A stretch of DNA of 64,000 nucleotides from Sulfurimonadaceae bacterium (GTDB lineage Bacteria; Campylobacterota; Campylobacteria; Campylobacterales; Sulfurimonadaceae). The translations under genes were made by a program, and so were the position numbers. This document shows positions 49,700 to 60,222 of the stretch, piece after piece (position 1 is the first letter of the stretch; each line of letters begins with the position of its first letter). The notes beneath the pieces are model-generated. The model saw only the letters and a list, made by a program, of their open reading frames with translations, was not told the origin of the DNA and searched no databases. The DNA lies in the NCBI GenBank assembly GCA_041548245.1, contig JBFESZ010000001.1, positions 1 through 64,000 on the forward strand, read 5' to 3'.

Positions 49700-50155
49700 T
49701 TACACGGCAGGTAAAACATACAAGGGTGTCGTCTCTTCTGAATAATCGCTCAGGTCTATTGTTTTTGGAAGTTCAAATCTAGCTTCTATTGGCTCTTCAA
49801 ACTTTTGAGTCGTAATTGTACCATTGCTTTGTATAAAATAGAGTTTACCAAAGGCTTTTATCGGTCTAGATTGATTAAATGTGAATGCATTCGTAGCATA
49901 AAGCCTGCATTGATTGACAATACATAAGGTCTGAAGAAATATATAGGCGACTTTAATGGCCATAAAAGACCCGGGTCCACGCGTATAGACGATACTCCCT
50001 ATCTCATATTTTGAAAGTACCTCTCTAAAAAGAAGAGGAAGGGCTTCCGAGCTCTGTTCATGAGAAGAAAGTGTCTGGACAAGTTTTGTATCTTGATAAA
50101 CACCGACTAAGATGGGGGAGCTTAGTTCGATGACGACAATATCGACCTTAGGCAT
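49700..50155 (-). CDS. tsaB: TsaB-like inactive glycoprotease homologue (short Campylobacterota form)
   Basis: [10 protein letters not shown] and C-terminal PLYVLP; lies between lpxC and thrB as in H. pylori and C. jejuni. Confidence 0.78.
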   Translation of the reverse strand: MPKVDIVVIELSSPILVGVYQDTKLVQTLSSHEQSSEALPLLFREVLSKYEIGSIVYTRGPGSFMAIKVAYIFLQTLCIVNQCRLYATNAFTFNQSRPIKAFGKLYFIQSNGTITTQKFEEPIEARFELPKTIDLSDYSEETTPLYVLPAV

Positions 50156-51032
50156 ATGCGTGTGCTAATTCCTTTGCTTCTATACCTGAGAGCTCTACGA
50201 TCTCATAATTCTCTTTTTCTTTTAACAGTTCCAGCGTCAATTTATGATTCAAATCATGACTTCCAGCAAAAGCTTCATAGTTACCAATGAAATTAACCCC
50301 TAAGAGTGACATATCCCCAATTGCGTCGAGTATTTTATGGCGTACAAACTCATCAGGGAAGCGAAGACCTTCAGTATTCAGTACTTTTTTATCATCAAGG
50401 ACGACTGCATTTTCCAAACTTCCACCCAGGGCCAGACCTTTGGAACGAAGGTACTGTACCTCATGTAAAAAACCGAATGTACGTGCCTTTGCTATCTTGT
50501 TTTTGTACTCTTCCTTTGTAAAGTTGAGAGTAAAGCTCTGCTTGTCGATAACAGGGTGATTAAACTTGATGGTAAAATCGTAATTAAGGTCATTCGATGG
50601 TGAAAGCTTTACGTATTTCTCACCCTCTTGAACAATGATCTCCTTTTTAATCTTCATGATTTTTTTAGGAGCCTCCAGGTGAGCCATTCCCGCTTCATCC
50701 AAGAGCATACAAAAACTTGCCGAACTTCCATCCATTACCGGAACTTCATCCGCATCGACAACAACTCTTAAATTATCGATACCGTATGCGTAAACAGCCG
50801 AAAGTAGATGCTCGATGGTTGAGATGAAACACCCCTCTTTTCCAATTACTGTTGCCATTTTTGTATCCACAACGTTTTCAGGCTTTAAAGGTATCGTAAC
50901 ATTGACATCCGAGCGATAGAACTCAATACCGCGGTCTGCTTCAAGCGGTTCCAATCTTAAACGTACCGGTACGCCTTTGTGCAGTCCGATCCCGACAAGA
51001 TCGACTGGTTTAGCAATAGTTGTTTGTTTCAT
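50148..51032 (-). CDS. lpxC: UDP-3-O-acyl-GlcNAc deacetylase
   Basis: [27 protein letters not shown] and [10 protein letters not shown]. Confidence 0.97.
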   Translation of the reverse strand: MKQTTIAKPVDLVGIGLHKGVPVRLRLEPLEADRGIEFYRSDVNVTIPLKPENVVDTKMATVIGKEGCFISTIEHLLSAVYAYGIDNLRVVVDADEVPVMDGSSASFCMLLDEAGMAHLEAPKKIMKIKKEIIVQEGEKYVKLSPSNDLNYDFTIKFNHPVIDKQSFTLNFTKEEYKNKIAKARTFGFLHEVQYLRSKGLALGGSLENAVVLDDKKVLNTEGLRFPDEFVRHKILDAIGDMSLLGVNFIGNYEAFAGSHDLNHKLTLELLKEKENYEIVELSGIEAKELAHAYA

Positions 51033-51611
51033 TTATACATCCTTAAAAACGATACCATCTTCATATTTTATAAGTTTTAATTCACCATTTAAAAGAGACC
51101 TGTCAATCTCTTCGCCATGAAAAAAGACTGTTCCCTGCCCGATCTCTTTGAGTAAAATATACTCTCCCTCACAGCGTATAACTCCATCAATTATACCAAA
51201 AATCTGGACTGAGCGCGAACATTCAATAAGAGCCCCGGAATTAATACGTCCAAAAAAGACGAGGTCTGTATGGGATTCGATACTTTCTCCTGAACGTATT
51301 GGACCGTAATATACAGATGTCTTATCGCTCACTTTTATCTCAGGTTCAATAATCGTCTGGTCAACATTTATAGACTCTTCCAGTACAGCCGTTGAACGTT
51401 TCTTTCGTGTCAGAAGTGTTCTTTCATTTAAATCGACATAAACAGCTTTTTTACTATCTAAATATGATTTGACCGCTTCACTTACTTTGCCTTTCAATAT
51501 AAGCTGATACCCCTGTATTAAGGGGAAGTTTTTAGCATAATATTCAATAAATGCCTCATCATCCTCTATCTCAAATTCAAAGGCTTTTAAAGTAAGCTGT
51601 TTAACTTTCAT
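51033..51611 (-). CDS. minC: Septum site-determining protein MinC (Campylobacterota type)
   Basis: C-terminal beta-helix motifs PIRSGESI and FFGRINSGA; M23-minC-lpxC order as in H. pylori. Start at ATG 51611. Confidence 0.78.
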   Translation of the reverse strand: MKVKQLTLKAFEFEIEDDEAFIEYYAKNFPLIQGYQLILKGKVSEAVKSYLDSKKAVYVDLNERTLLTRKKRSTAVLEESINVDQTIIEPEIKVSDKTSVYYGPIRSGESIESHTDLVFFGRINSGALIECSRSVQIFGIIDGVIRCEGEYILLKEIGQGTVFFHGEEIDRSLLNGELKLIKYEDGIVFKDV

Positions 51612-52975
51612 GACCTGCTGATCAACTTCTTGGCATTTTTGATGACTTCTGTGATGTTCAAACGAATCCAATCCTGGTCCATCCACTCTTCAGGGCGGAC
51701 TTCCACACCTTGTACTAAGACACCAAAATGCAGGTGATCTCCCATAGCATAGCCGCTTTTACCGCTGTTGGCGATATGATCAGCTGGCTTGACGACATCA
51801 CCAGAGGCAACTTTGACACTTGAGCAGTGGCCATAGAGAGTATAAAGACCCATTCCGTGGTGAATGATTGGAAGATTCCCATAAATACCGTTCTCTTCAG
51901 CAAAAACCGTCACTCCATGATTTTGTGTTTTGATCTCTCCCATCTTCACACTCGCAAGGTCTAGACCCAAATGATACGATTCGCTGACCTTTTCATTATC
52001 ATAATAGTACAATCTATGATCGCCAAAGCTAGCAACTTTCTGCGCATTTTTCAACGGATAGAAAGGTTTGATGGAAAAATCACTGACCACTTTGTCTGAG
52101 ACCCTGGATGTGATTTTATGGATGACTTTTTCGTTATTGGCCCGGACATCTTCATTTATAATCTTAAACTGCTCTATTGAATCGGCAACTCCCTGTGTTT
52201 CCGGATAGTCATAGGCGAGCTCAGCAATTTTTCCTTTGAGAAATTTGTCTGAAAGTTTGATCTTGGAGACACGATAGCTTTTTGCTTTATGATAATAGGG
52301 AATATGAACCCGTGTTCTATTGCCTGCTTCATCCGTGACCACAATACGAGCGTTAAACTTTTCTTCTGTCACAGGCCATGCGACCAATGTGGCATAATAA
52401 TCGTCTTGATAAAAAGGCTGTACCTTAAAACGCTTCTTTTTGTTCACCTCAACAAAAATATCCTTGATATTTTCATCTTTAGCTCTGAAAACCACCAGAG
52501 CACTCCCGCCTTTATAGATACCATATGAGTTTGTCACCAAAGTGACCAGCGGTTTTTTCTTGTCAAGAATAAAACTTTTTTCTACACTGGCAGAGTTTCC
52601 GGAAAAAAAGTTCCACTGACTGGCGTCTACTGCATGGACGATAATTTTTATCGATTTGTCTTTGATACCATACCCCATTTTCGGATATTCGACCTTCAAT
52701 TCCAACTTTTTATCAGGTGTTAAAAGGGCTTCATGAGCAAGGACTTTTTCGCCTTCTGAAGTCAACATCTTAACTTCATAATACTTGATACCACTGTCAT
52801 CTTCTATCGTTAAGTCTATGGGTTCTTTCAAATTCCAGTACTGACTCTCTGTCATGCTGATTATTGGCAGGTCTCTTTCAAACATCTTTGAGTTATACAG
52901 ATACACCACACCAGCAATAATTCCTACAAAAACAGTTAAAAACAGTATCGACGATGAATTTCTTTTTCTTTTCAA
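51608..52975 (-). CDS. M23-family zinc peptidoglycan peptidase (HP1054/Cj0131-like)
   Basis: N-terminal TM segment; HLGLDLA (HxxxD), YGN, YGH and GDHLHFG (HxH). Confidence 0.9.
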   Translation of the reverse strand: MKRKRNSSSILFLTVFVGIIAGVVYLYNSKMFERDLPIISMTESQYWNLKEPIDLTIEDDSGIKYYEVKMLTSEGEKVLAHEALLTPDKKLELKVEYPKMGYGIKDKSIKIIVHAVDASQWNFFSGNSASVEKSFILDKKKPLVTLVTNSYGIYKGGSALVVFRAKDENIKDIFVEVNKKKRFKVQPFYQDDYYATLVAWPVTEEKFNARIVVTDEAGNRTRVHIPYYHKAKSYRVSKIKLSDKFLKGKIAELAYDYPETQGVADSIEQFKIINEDVRANNEKVIHKITSRVSDKVVSDFSIKPFYPLKNAQKVASFGDHRLYYYDNEKVSESYHLGLDLASVKMGEIKTQNHGVTVFAEENGIYGNLPIIHHGMGLYTLYGHCSSVKVASGDVVKPADHIANSGKSGYAMGDHLHFGVLVQGVEVRPEEWMDQDWIRLNITEVIKNAKKLISRS

Positions 52976-53907
52976 ATCTTCTCCTTTATCATATGAATAA
53001 TCTTAGATTCAACCTCTTTAAGAGATTGCCCATCTGTTACAAAACCGGCTGAATGAATATGACCACCTCCACCAAAAACAGAAGCGATAGCGTTCATATC
53101 CATTCCCTGAGAACTTCTAAGAGAACCTTTAATACGGCCATCTTTCGTATGACGCAGCATCAATGCCACCTGGACATTCGCAAGTTCCAGGCTCTCATGC
53201 AATGCCTCCTCACAATCTACTTCATACGCACCCGTCTCTTCAAAAAAGTTACGTTCGACAAGCGTTGAGACGACACTTCCGGAGCAATGAAGCTCCGCGG
53301 CTGCAAGCATCATGGCCTTCATGCGTACAGAGGCCAAGGACCTCTGCTTGAAAAGCATTTTCGTACATAAAGCATTATTTGCTCCACTTTTAAGCAAATC
53401 AGCTGCCATCAAGAAGGTACGTTCATCTGTCTTGTCTGTCGTAAAGTTTTGTGAATCATCTGCCAAACCTGCATATAAGGCAGTCGCCATCTTTGCATTT
53501 AGCTTTATTCCGTTACTTTTGAAAAAATCATATAAGACCTGAGAAGTACTAATCGCCGTTGTATCTATGATATTGATACTCCCATACTGCTCATTAGAGA
53601 CATGGTGATCGACATTGACCAAAGGTACCTTTACATCAATTCCCAATCGCTTATAAGTCCCGCAATCGAAACTCATCGCAAGATCAAAAACATTGGGAAC
53701 AGTATTACGGACCTTCTCAAAAAAAGGTAAAAAACTCAAAGAGGGATCTATCTTTTTGGTCTTGCAAAAGAGGGTGACCTTCTTATGCAGGCGCAGTACA
53801 TGGGTGTACATCGCCAAGGCCGAGCCCATTGAATCTGCATCGGGGTCTACATGAGCAATGATAAGAATATGCTTAGCATCATCCAATGCTTTAACTAATT
53901 CATGCAC
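52972..53907 (-). CDS. nrnA: DHH/DHHA1 phosphoesterase (NrnA-like nanoRNase/pAp phosphatase)
   Basis: HVDPDADSMGS, VDHH, SLRS and GGGHIHSAG. Confidence 0.85.
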   Translation of the reverse strand: MHELVKALDDAKHILIIAHVDPDADSMGSALAMYTHVLRLHKKVTLFCKTKKIDPSLSFLPFFEKVRNTVPNVFDLAMSFDCGTYKRLGIDVKVPLVNVDHHVSNEQYGSINIIDTTAISTSQVLYDFFKSNGIKLNAKMATALYAGLADDSQNFTTDKTDERTFLMAADLLKSGANNALCTKMLFKQRSLASVRMKAMMLAAAELHCSGSVVSTLVERNFFEETGAYEVDCEEALHESLELANVQVALMLRHTKDGRIKGSLRSSQGMDMNAIASVFGGGGHIHSAGFVTDGQSLKEVESKIIHMIKEKI

Positions 53908-53973
53908 CGCTGCCCTTTATTTTTTTGAAATTATACTTCAGGAAGGTTAACAAAGGGCTAAAACTCTATGTAC

Positions 53974-55029
53974 TTAAGTTTTTTTGTCCATTTTATAGAC
54001 ATAGGCCAAGACCTCAGCAACTGCTTGAAAAAGTGATTCAGGGATAGACTTTTCCAAATCAACTTCGGCATACAAAGATCGTGCAAGCGGTGGATTTTGA
54101 ACAATATGGACACCATTTTCGCGTGCAATCTTTTTTATATTAAGGGCGATCTGATTCATTCCTTTAGCTACAACAACCGGTGCGATATCTTTTCCCTCCT
54201 GATAACGTATAGCCACCGCATAATGTGTAGGATTGGTAATGACGACATCAGCACTTGGCACCTCTGCCATCATCCTTTTTCGTGACATCTGCATCTGAAT
54301 TTGACGGATCTTTGCCTTTACCTGTGGATCTCCGTCCATATTTTTCATTTCATCTTTAACTTCCTGCTTGCTCATTTTCAACTGATCAAAATACTGTTTT
54401 CGAACGATAATAATATCTGCCAATGCAAACACAAAGGTTATCAACAACATAACAAGCGCCAAGATGATAGCCTTGTCCCGCAACCAGTCCAGCTGATCAG
54501 CAAGATTAAAAGCAGCAACCAAAGGAAGCTCCTCAATGAACATAAAGAAAAAGACGAATCCGACTCCCAAAGTGATAAATGATTTTAACGTGATCTTTAC
54601 CCCTTCAATGAGCTTTTTCAATGAGACAAGGTTTTTCATCCCTTTAATCGGGTCTATCTTCTTGAAATCCGGTATAAGAGGTTTGGTCGTAAACAAAAAG
54701 CCAAATTGTGAAAAACCTGCCGCGACTCCCGCAATGGCAACCAGTATTGAAAGGGGAATCACCATGATCAAGAACTCTCTCATAGAGATAAAAGCCAATT
54801 CAAACACAAGTTCTCTATTGATCTCTTGAGAGAAAAGCGAAAAGTAATAGCGGTAAAGATTAAAGTAGTGTTCAATAATGAAATTGAAAAGAAGTAAAAA
54901 GCCCAGAATAGCGACAAAAAGTGTGAAGAGCCCGGACATATCCTGCGATTTGGGAACATTCCCCTCTTTTCGGGCATCTTCAATCTTCTTATCGGTGGGG
55001 TCTTCTGTCTTCTCCTGATCGTCGGCCAC
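53974..55029 (-). CDS. flhB: Flagellar export protein FlhB
   Basis: EKTEDPT, KMSKQEVKDE, the NPTH autocleavage site and PPLARSLY. Confidence 0.97.
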   Translation of the reverse strand: MADDQEKTEDPTDKKIEDARKEGNVPKSQDMSGLFTLFVAILGFLLLFNFIIEHYFNLYRYYFSLFSQEINRELVFELAFISMREFLIMVIPLSILVAIAGVAAGFSQFGFLFTTKPLIPDFKKIDPIKGMKNLVSLKKLIEGVKITLKSFITLGVGFVFFFMFIEELPLVAAFNLADQLDWLRDKAIILALVMLLITFVFALADIIIVRKQYFDQLKMSKQEVKDEMKNMDGDPQVKAKIRQIQMQMSRKRMMAEVPSADVVITNPTHYAVAIRYQEGKDIAPVVVAKGMNQIALNIKKIARENGVHIVQNPPLARSLYAEVDLEKSIPESLFQAVAEVLAYVYKMDKKT

Positions 55030-55046
55030 TTATTGCTCCAAAGCGC

Positions 55047-55865
55047 TTAATCCATTTTCATTGAGAGGTCGATCCATTTGGATTGATGAATCAAAGCACC
55101 TGAGCTGATCGCGTCAACACCTGTCTTTGCATAACTCTCTATCGTTTCCAAAGAGATATTTCCACTAGCCTCAAGCAGAACATCCGGATAATTCTCTTTC
55201 TTGTAAAGGACAACCTCGCTAAGCTGCGGCGGTGTCATATTATCACACATCACGATATCCGCACCCGCAGCCATAAACTGCTTAGCCTGCTCAAAGGTTT
55301 CAGCTTCTATCTCTATCTTCGAAGTGAATGGAATTTTTTTACGAGCTTCTTGCATAAATGCATCAATATCGACTATTGTCTTAAGGTGGGTATCCTTTAA
55401 CATCAAGCAGTCATCCAAGCCCAGTCGGTGATTTACTGCCCCACCCATACGTGTTGCGTACTTTTCAAAGACACGCAGTTGTGGGCGGGTTTTTCGTGTG
55501 TCCAGTAGCTTGGTTCCATAAGGCTCTATAATTTTGACAAAACTGTTGGTATAGGTCGAAATAGAACTGGCATGCAGAATCATATTTAAAAGTGTGCGTT
55601 CTATGCGCAAAAGAGTATGTGACGTCCCCTTGATTTCAGCGATCAATTCACCCTTTTCAAAAGGCTGTGCATCCTTAACATGCCAATTTATCTCAAAGTT
55701 TTCCAACTCCGACAAAGCATCTGCATAAACCTGCCCGGAGAAAATACCCGAACTCTTAGCTATGATCTTGGCACTAGCTGCTATCGGCTCGGAGATAAGG
55801 GCATACAGATCTCCTCTTCCGACATCCTCAGCCAAGACTTCTTTGACAAATTGCTTGATCATCAC
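55047..55865 (-). CDS. nadC: Nicotinate-nucleotide pyrophosphorylase
   Basis: EDVGRGD, DTRKT, NHRLGL, LKDTH, EASGN and ISSG. Confidence 0.96.
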   Translation of the reverse strand: MMIKQFVKEVLAEDVGRGDLYALISEPIAASAKIIAKSSGIFSGQVYADALSELENFEINWHVKDAQPFEKGELIAEIKGTSHTLLRIERTLLNMILHASSISTYTNSFVKIIEPYGTKLLDTRKTRPQLRVFEKYATRMGGAVNHRLGLDDCLMLKDTHLKTIVDIDAFMQEARKKIPFTSKIEIEAETFEQAKQFMAAGADIVMCDNMTPPQLSEVVLYKKENYPDVLLEASGNISLETIESYAKTGVDAISSGALIHQSKWIDLSMKMD

Positions 55866-55872
55866 CTATCTC

Positions 55873-56871
55873 CTACAGAGCCATCATTCTATCAAGTGCC
55901 ACCTTCGCCCACTTCGCTGTTTCAGGATCCACCTCTATCTCATTGATAGGTTCACCGTCATCTATCGCTTTTAATGTCAAATAGACATCTTCGAGCGTTG
56001 TCTCATTCATTGTAGGACATTCCGGTTTGGTCGATGAGAGCACATAAGTGTTTTTCGGACGCAATCTATTAACCAGGTTGAACTCTGTTCCAACTGCGAT
56101 CTTCTGCTCAGGATCCGCTTCTGAAATGTATTTGATGATCTGTGAAGTGGAGCCGACAAAATCTGCCTGATCACAGATAGCAGGATCACACTCTGGATGA
56201 ACCACGATTTTAATGCCAGGATATTTTTTTCGATAAAACTTGATGTCATCTACAGTGAAAAGCTGGTGGACCGAACAAAAACCGTCATAACAGATGATAT
56301 CTGCATCGGCCAAGTTCTTATCAATCCCGATGACTGCTGACTTAAGTCCCATCTGATTCGCAATATTCTGCCCCAGACAACGATCGGGGACAAAAAGTAT
56401 CTTCTTACCTTCTTTGAGTGCTGTCGTGATGATTTTTTTCGCATTCGAGCTTGTGCAAACCATCCCTCCCATCTGTCCAACTTTCGCTTTTACATCTGCA
56501 TTGGAGTTGATATAGGTAATTGGCAAGATATTGTCACTGTGTATGCCCTGAGCATTCATGGCTTTGACCGAGTCATCAAAATAGAGTGAATCGATCATAC
56601 GTGCCATGGCACAACAGGCGATTTTTGGCATTACGACACGTTTCTCAGGACTGAGTACCTTGACGCTTTGCCCCATAAATCCGACGCCGCAAAAAAGAAC
56701 AAATTCTGAATCATCATCCATTGTTCTCTTTGCCAGCTCCAAACTGTCACCAGTAATATCACCCATCTCAAAAACTTCATCTCTTTGATAAAAGTGTGCG
56801 ACAATCGTCACGCTAAGTTTCTCTTTAAGCGTCTTGATCTTTTCAACAAGCTCTTCTTGTGTATAGTGCAA
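55873..56871 (-). CDS. nadA: Quinolinate synthase
   Basis: AHFYQ, GDSLELA, CGVGFM, YINS, CSVH, HPEC and CPTM. Confidence 0.96.
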   Translation of the reverse strand: MHYTQEELVEKIKTLKEKLSVTIVAHFYQRDEVFEMGDITGDSLELAKRTMDDDSEFVLFCGVGFMGQSVKVLSPEKRVVMPKIACCAMARMIDSLYFDDSVKAMNAQGIHSDNILPITYINSNADVKAKVGQMGGMVCTSSNAKKIITTALKEGKKILFVPDRCLGQNIANQMGLKSAVIGIDKNLADADIICYDGFCSVHQLFTVDDIKFYRKKYPGIKIVVHPECDPAICDQADFVGSTSQIIKYISEADPEQKIAVGTEFNLVNRLRPKNTYVLSSTKPECPTMNETTLEDVYLTLKAIDDGEPINEIEVDPETAKWAKVALDRMMAL

Positions 56872-56995
56872 AATATTTATCCTACTGCTAAATAATTAAT
56901 GCAAGTATAACAAAATTTTCACTACACTGTCGCTATTATAAGCAATCAAAGAGGTTTCTTTAAGTTTAGAACACCTTTTTCAAAGATGGAGAAAC

Positions 56996-57610
56996 ATGGA
57001 ATTCTTGTTTAATATCAACGGTCAATTTTATCTGGCAGCCTACCTTATAGGTGCCATTCCTTTTGGTCTACTGCTGGCCAAATTTTTTGCAGGTGTGAAT
57101 ATCAAAGAATCAGGTTCACAAAGCATAGGGGCAACCAATGTATTACGTGTCGTCAAAGAGACAAACCCTTCATTGGCTAAAAAACTCGGTGCTGCCACCT
57201 TGGCACTTGATGCACTTAAAGGGATGATCGTCTTAGTCATCGCAATCATGATGAACATGCCCGAATCAACGCTATGGGCGATTGCTGTTCTTGCTGTCAT
57301 CGGTCACTGTTTTTCTGTCTACCTTATGTTTGAAGGCGGAAAAGGTGTTGCAACCGGCCTGGGTGTACTGGCTATTATGCTCCCTATAGAGACGGCTATC
57401 GCTTTTGCTGTCTGGTTCCTAGCGGCTAAAACACTGAAAATCTCTTCTTTGTCTTCACTAATTGCGCTTATCGCTTTGGTAAGTTCGTCTTTCATCATGC
57501 ATCCTGAAATGCCACATGCCCCTGTACTTATTATCGGTTTTATCATCATATACAAACATATCCCTAATATTGTTCGTATGGTTCGCGGTGAAGAGAAAAA
57601 GGTCATATGA
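56996..57610 (+). CDS. plsY: Glycerol-3-phosphate acyltransferase
   Basis: AYLIGAIPFG, GSQSIGATNVLR, GHCFS, GGKGVAT and HIPNI. Confidence 0.95.
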   Translation: MEFLFNINGQFYLAAYLIGAIPFGLLLAKFFAGVNIKESGSQSIGATNVLRVVKETNPSLAKKLGAATLALDALKGMIVLVIAIMMNMPESTLWAIAVLAVIGHCFSVYLMFEGGKGVATGLGVLAIMLPIETAIAFAVWFLAAKTLKISSLSSLIALIALVSSSFIMHPEMPHAPVLIIGFIIIYKHIPNIVRMVRGEEKKVI

Positions 57611-57930
57611 AGATTCATATAGAAGATCTTCATTTTAAATGCATCATCGGTTTACTTGAACATGAACGACATAATCCTCAAGAGGTTCATGTCGAGCTTA
57701 AACTGGAATATGAGTACACGGATGAGTTCATAAACTACGCAGATCTTGCAATCTTGATTGAGACACGTCTGCAAGAAGGAAAATTCGAGCTGATTGAGAC
57801 GGCTTTGGAAGAACTTTTTAATCATATAAAACAACAATATCCTCTAACACAACAACTCTATATTAAAATAACAAAGCCTGATATACTCCCTAATTGCCGT
57901 GTTTCTGTCTCCAATGTTAAAAATTACTGA
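57607..57930 (+). CDS. folB: Dihydroneopterin aldolase
   Basis: IIGLLEHER..PQ, INYA, FELIE and ITKP; plsY-folB-cosR synteny. Confidence 0.88.
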   Translation: MKIHIEDLHFKCIIGLLEHERHNPQEVHVELKLEYEYTDEFINYADLAILIETRLQEGKFELIETALEELFNHIKQQYPLTQQLYIKITKPDILPNCRVSVSNVKNY

Positions 57931-57937
57931 AAGAAGT

Positions 57938-57988
57938 TTTAAATTTTTCTAAAAAAAACTTTAAATTTTTCTAAAACTGTGATATAAT
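57938..57988 (+). promoter_or_regulatory. hsrA/cosR promoter: 17-bp direct repeat plus extended -10
   Basis: TTTAAATTTTTCTAAAA at 57938-57954 and 57960-57976; TGATATAAT at 57980-57988. Confidence 0.7.
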
Positions 57989-58019
57989 CCCTTGAAAATT
58001 TTACCTGTGAGGACGCTAA

Positions 58020-58691
58020 ATGCGCATTCTTATTATAGAAGATGAAGTTACACTTAACAAAACACTTGCGGAAGGTCTAAAAGAGTTCGGCTACCAAAGT
58101 GACGTTGTAGAAAATGTAAAAGATGGTGAGTACTATCTTGATATTCGTAATTACGATTTAGTATTAATGGACTGGATGCTTCCAGACGGCAATGGTATCG
58201 ATATCATCGGTAACATTAAACAAAACACACCTAAGACTTGTGTAGTCGTTATTTCAGCTCGCGATGATAATGAAAGTGAGATCGAAGCACTTAATGCTGG
58301 AGCTGATGATTATATCCGTAAACCATTCGACTTTGATGTACTTGTCGCTCGTCTAGCAGCACGTCTACGTTTTGGCGGTTCAAATATCATCGAGATCGAA
58401 GACCTGATCATCAATCCAGAAGAAGAAAAAATTACCTATAAAGAAAGAGATATAGAGCTTAAAGGTAAACCTTTTGAAGTTCTTACCCACCTCGCACGTC
58501 ACCGTGATCAGATCGTTTCAAAAGAACAACTGCTTGACGCTATCTGGGAAGAGCCTGAACTGGTAACACCAAATGTCATCGAGGTCGCAATCAACCAGAT
58601 CCGTCAGAAGATGGATAAACCACTTAATATCACGACTATCGAAACCGTTCGTCGTCGTGGTTACCGTTTCTGCTTCCCAAAAGAGGTATAA
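58020..58691 (+). CDS. hsrA: OmpR-family homeostatic response regulator HsrA/CosR
   Basis: Receiver domain plus winged helix with LKGKPFEVL, PNVIEVAINQIRQKMDKPL and TVRRRGYRFC, characteristic of HP1043/CosR. Confidence 0.93.
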   Translation: MRILIIEDEVTLNKTLAEGLKEFGYQSDVVENVKDGEYYLDIRNYDLVLMDWMLPDGNGIDIIGNIKQNTPKTCVVVISARDDNESEIEALNAGADDYIRKPFDFDVLVARLAARLRFGGSNIIEIEDLIINPEEEKITYKERDIELKGKPFEVLTHLARHRDQIVSKEQLLDAIWEEPELVTPNVIEVAINQIRQKMDKPLNITTIETVRRRGYRFCFPKEV

Positions 58692-58699
58692 GCACTTTG

Positions 58700-58723
58700 T
58701 TTCAGGACTGATATGTCCTGAAA
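58700..58723 (+). terminator. Stem-loop downstream of hsrA
   Basis: TTTCAGGAC-TGATAT-GTCCTGAAA, a perfect 9-bp inverted repeat followed by a T-rich sequence. Confidence 0.55.
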
Positions 58724-58801
58724 GTCCTTCATTTTCATTCGCAATCAAACTTTTACCTTCTTCTGTTATAATTTCTAACCTTAATAGACAAAGAAAACCC
58801 A

Positions 58802-60103
58802 ATGCTCATATCTGAAAAAAGTATACGCCGTCAATTTTTAATTCAATTGCTTATCGCCTCTGCTGCTTTAATATTCATCTTCTCTTCTATCCTATACCTT
58901 TTTATCCAGCAGTCTATCTATGATGACAAGAAAAAAGAGCTTTTACGTATTGCAAAAAATGTTTGTGCCTATGAATCACTGGAGGTGGTCAAAGAGGGTT
59001 CGGATACAATCTTAGGTCTTAATATAGAGATGCTTATACTTACTGATCACAATGATAATATGGATCTTGTTGAAACAGTTTCCGAGAACAAAGTATTTTT
59101 AAGTCTTATCTATCCATTCAATCTGAAAGAGAACAGTTTTATCAAAGTAACGACAGATATCACCAATACAAAAAAACTTCTTCAAAAGATTCTTAATTCT
59201 ATTTTTATTCTCAACATTCTGGGCTTTATCATCATTATCATCTATGCGGTCACTCTCTCGAGTATGCTGATTAAACCCATTACAGCCCTGACAAAACGTC
59301 TTGCCAATATGAATGAAAACTTGATTCGTCCAATTGTCACAGAACAGCTTCCCGTTGAGTTTCTACCCTTGGGTGAGACACTCAACCATCTTATAGCCCG
59401 TTTACAAAACTTCGTCAAATATCAAAAAGAGCTCTTTATCGGCACGGCTCATGAGCTTAAAACGCCTCTTGCCGTCATGAAACTAAAAAACCAGGTCACC
59501 CTCATCAAAAAACGAGAATCGCAAGAGTATATCGATGCCATCAAACTCAATAACAAAACCATTGACGAAATGAATAAGATCATCGCTGATATCCTAAACG
59601 TGGGCCGACAAGAAGGTGCCCAGCTTGAAGCACCACAAGAAGTCGATGTTATTGCTTACTTAAGAGAAAAAGGCAATGACTTCAAACTGCTTGCGGAGAA
59701 TGAAGCCAAAAACCTTGAGATGGACTTCCAGCCTGATCTCTTTATGGCGACCCTTCAACCCACTTTGCTTAATCAAATCATACAGAACTTTTTACAAAAC
59801 GCCTTAAAATTTACGCCATCTGAAAAAATCGTCCTGCTCAAAAGTTTTCAGACAGAAGCCGGTCTATGTATCCAGGTTATTGATGAAGGACTAGGTGTCG
59901 ATGAGAGCTTTGATCACTTTGCACCATTTAAACGCTCCGGTAATAAGTCGGGTGTGGGTCTGGGGCTTTTCCTATCAAAAAGCGCGGCTGATGCACTAAA
60001 CGCAAAAATAAGCATCAAAAACCGTACTGACGGTGTCACTGGAGCTGTTGCTACCCTCGAATTAAGCTCTTCGCTCAGTTGTGTATTACCAAGAAGCAAC
60101 TAG
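58802..60103 (+). CDS. Membrane sensor histidine kinase (CosS-like)
   Basis: Two TM segments, a HAMP-like linker, AHELKTP, NALKF, DEGLG and GVGLGL; its own TGTTATAAT element at 58764-58772. Confidence 0.92.
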   Translation: MLISEKSIRRQFLIQLLIASAALIFIFSSILYLFIQQSIYDDKKKELLRIAKNVCAYESLEVVKEGSDTILGLNIEMLILTDHNDNMDLVETVSENKVFLSLIYPFNLKENSFIKVTTDITNTKKLLQKILNSIFILNILGFIIIIIYAVTLSSMLIKPITALTKRLANMNENLIRPIVTEQLPVEFLPLGETLNHLIARLQNFVKYQKELFIGTAHELKTPLAVMKLKNQVTLIKKRESQEYIDAIKLNNKTIDEMNKIIADILNVGRQEGAQLEAPQEVDVIAYLREKGNDFKLLAENEAKNLEMDFQPDLFMATLQPTLLNQIIQNFLQNALKFTPSEKIVLLKSFQTEAGLCIQVIDEGLGVDESFDHFAPFKRSGNKSGVGLGLFLSKSAADALNAKISIKNRTDGVTGAVATLELSSSLSCVLPRSN

Positions 60104-60222
60104 ATCAGATCTATTACTAGGCTTTATAACTCAATCAAAAGAATTTAAAATAACTTCAAGCTTTGTTTTGTTATAAATCCCTATATAATTTTTGGGCCTT
60201 ACAGCCCATGAAAAGGTAGTTA

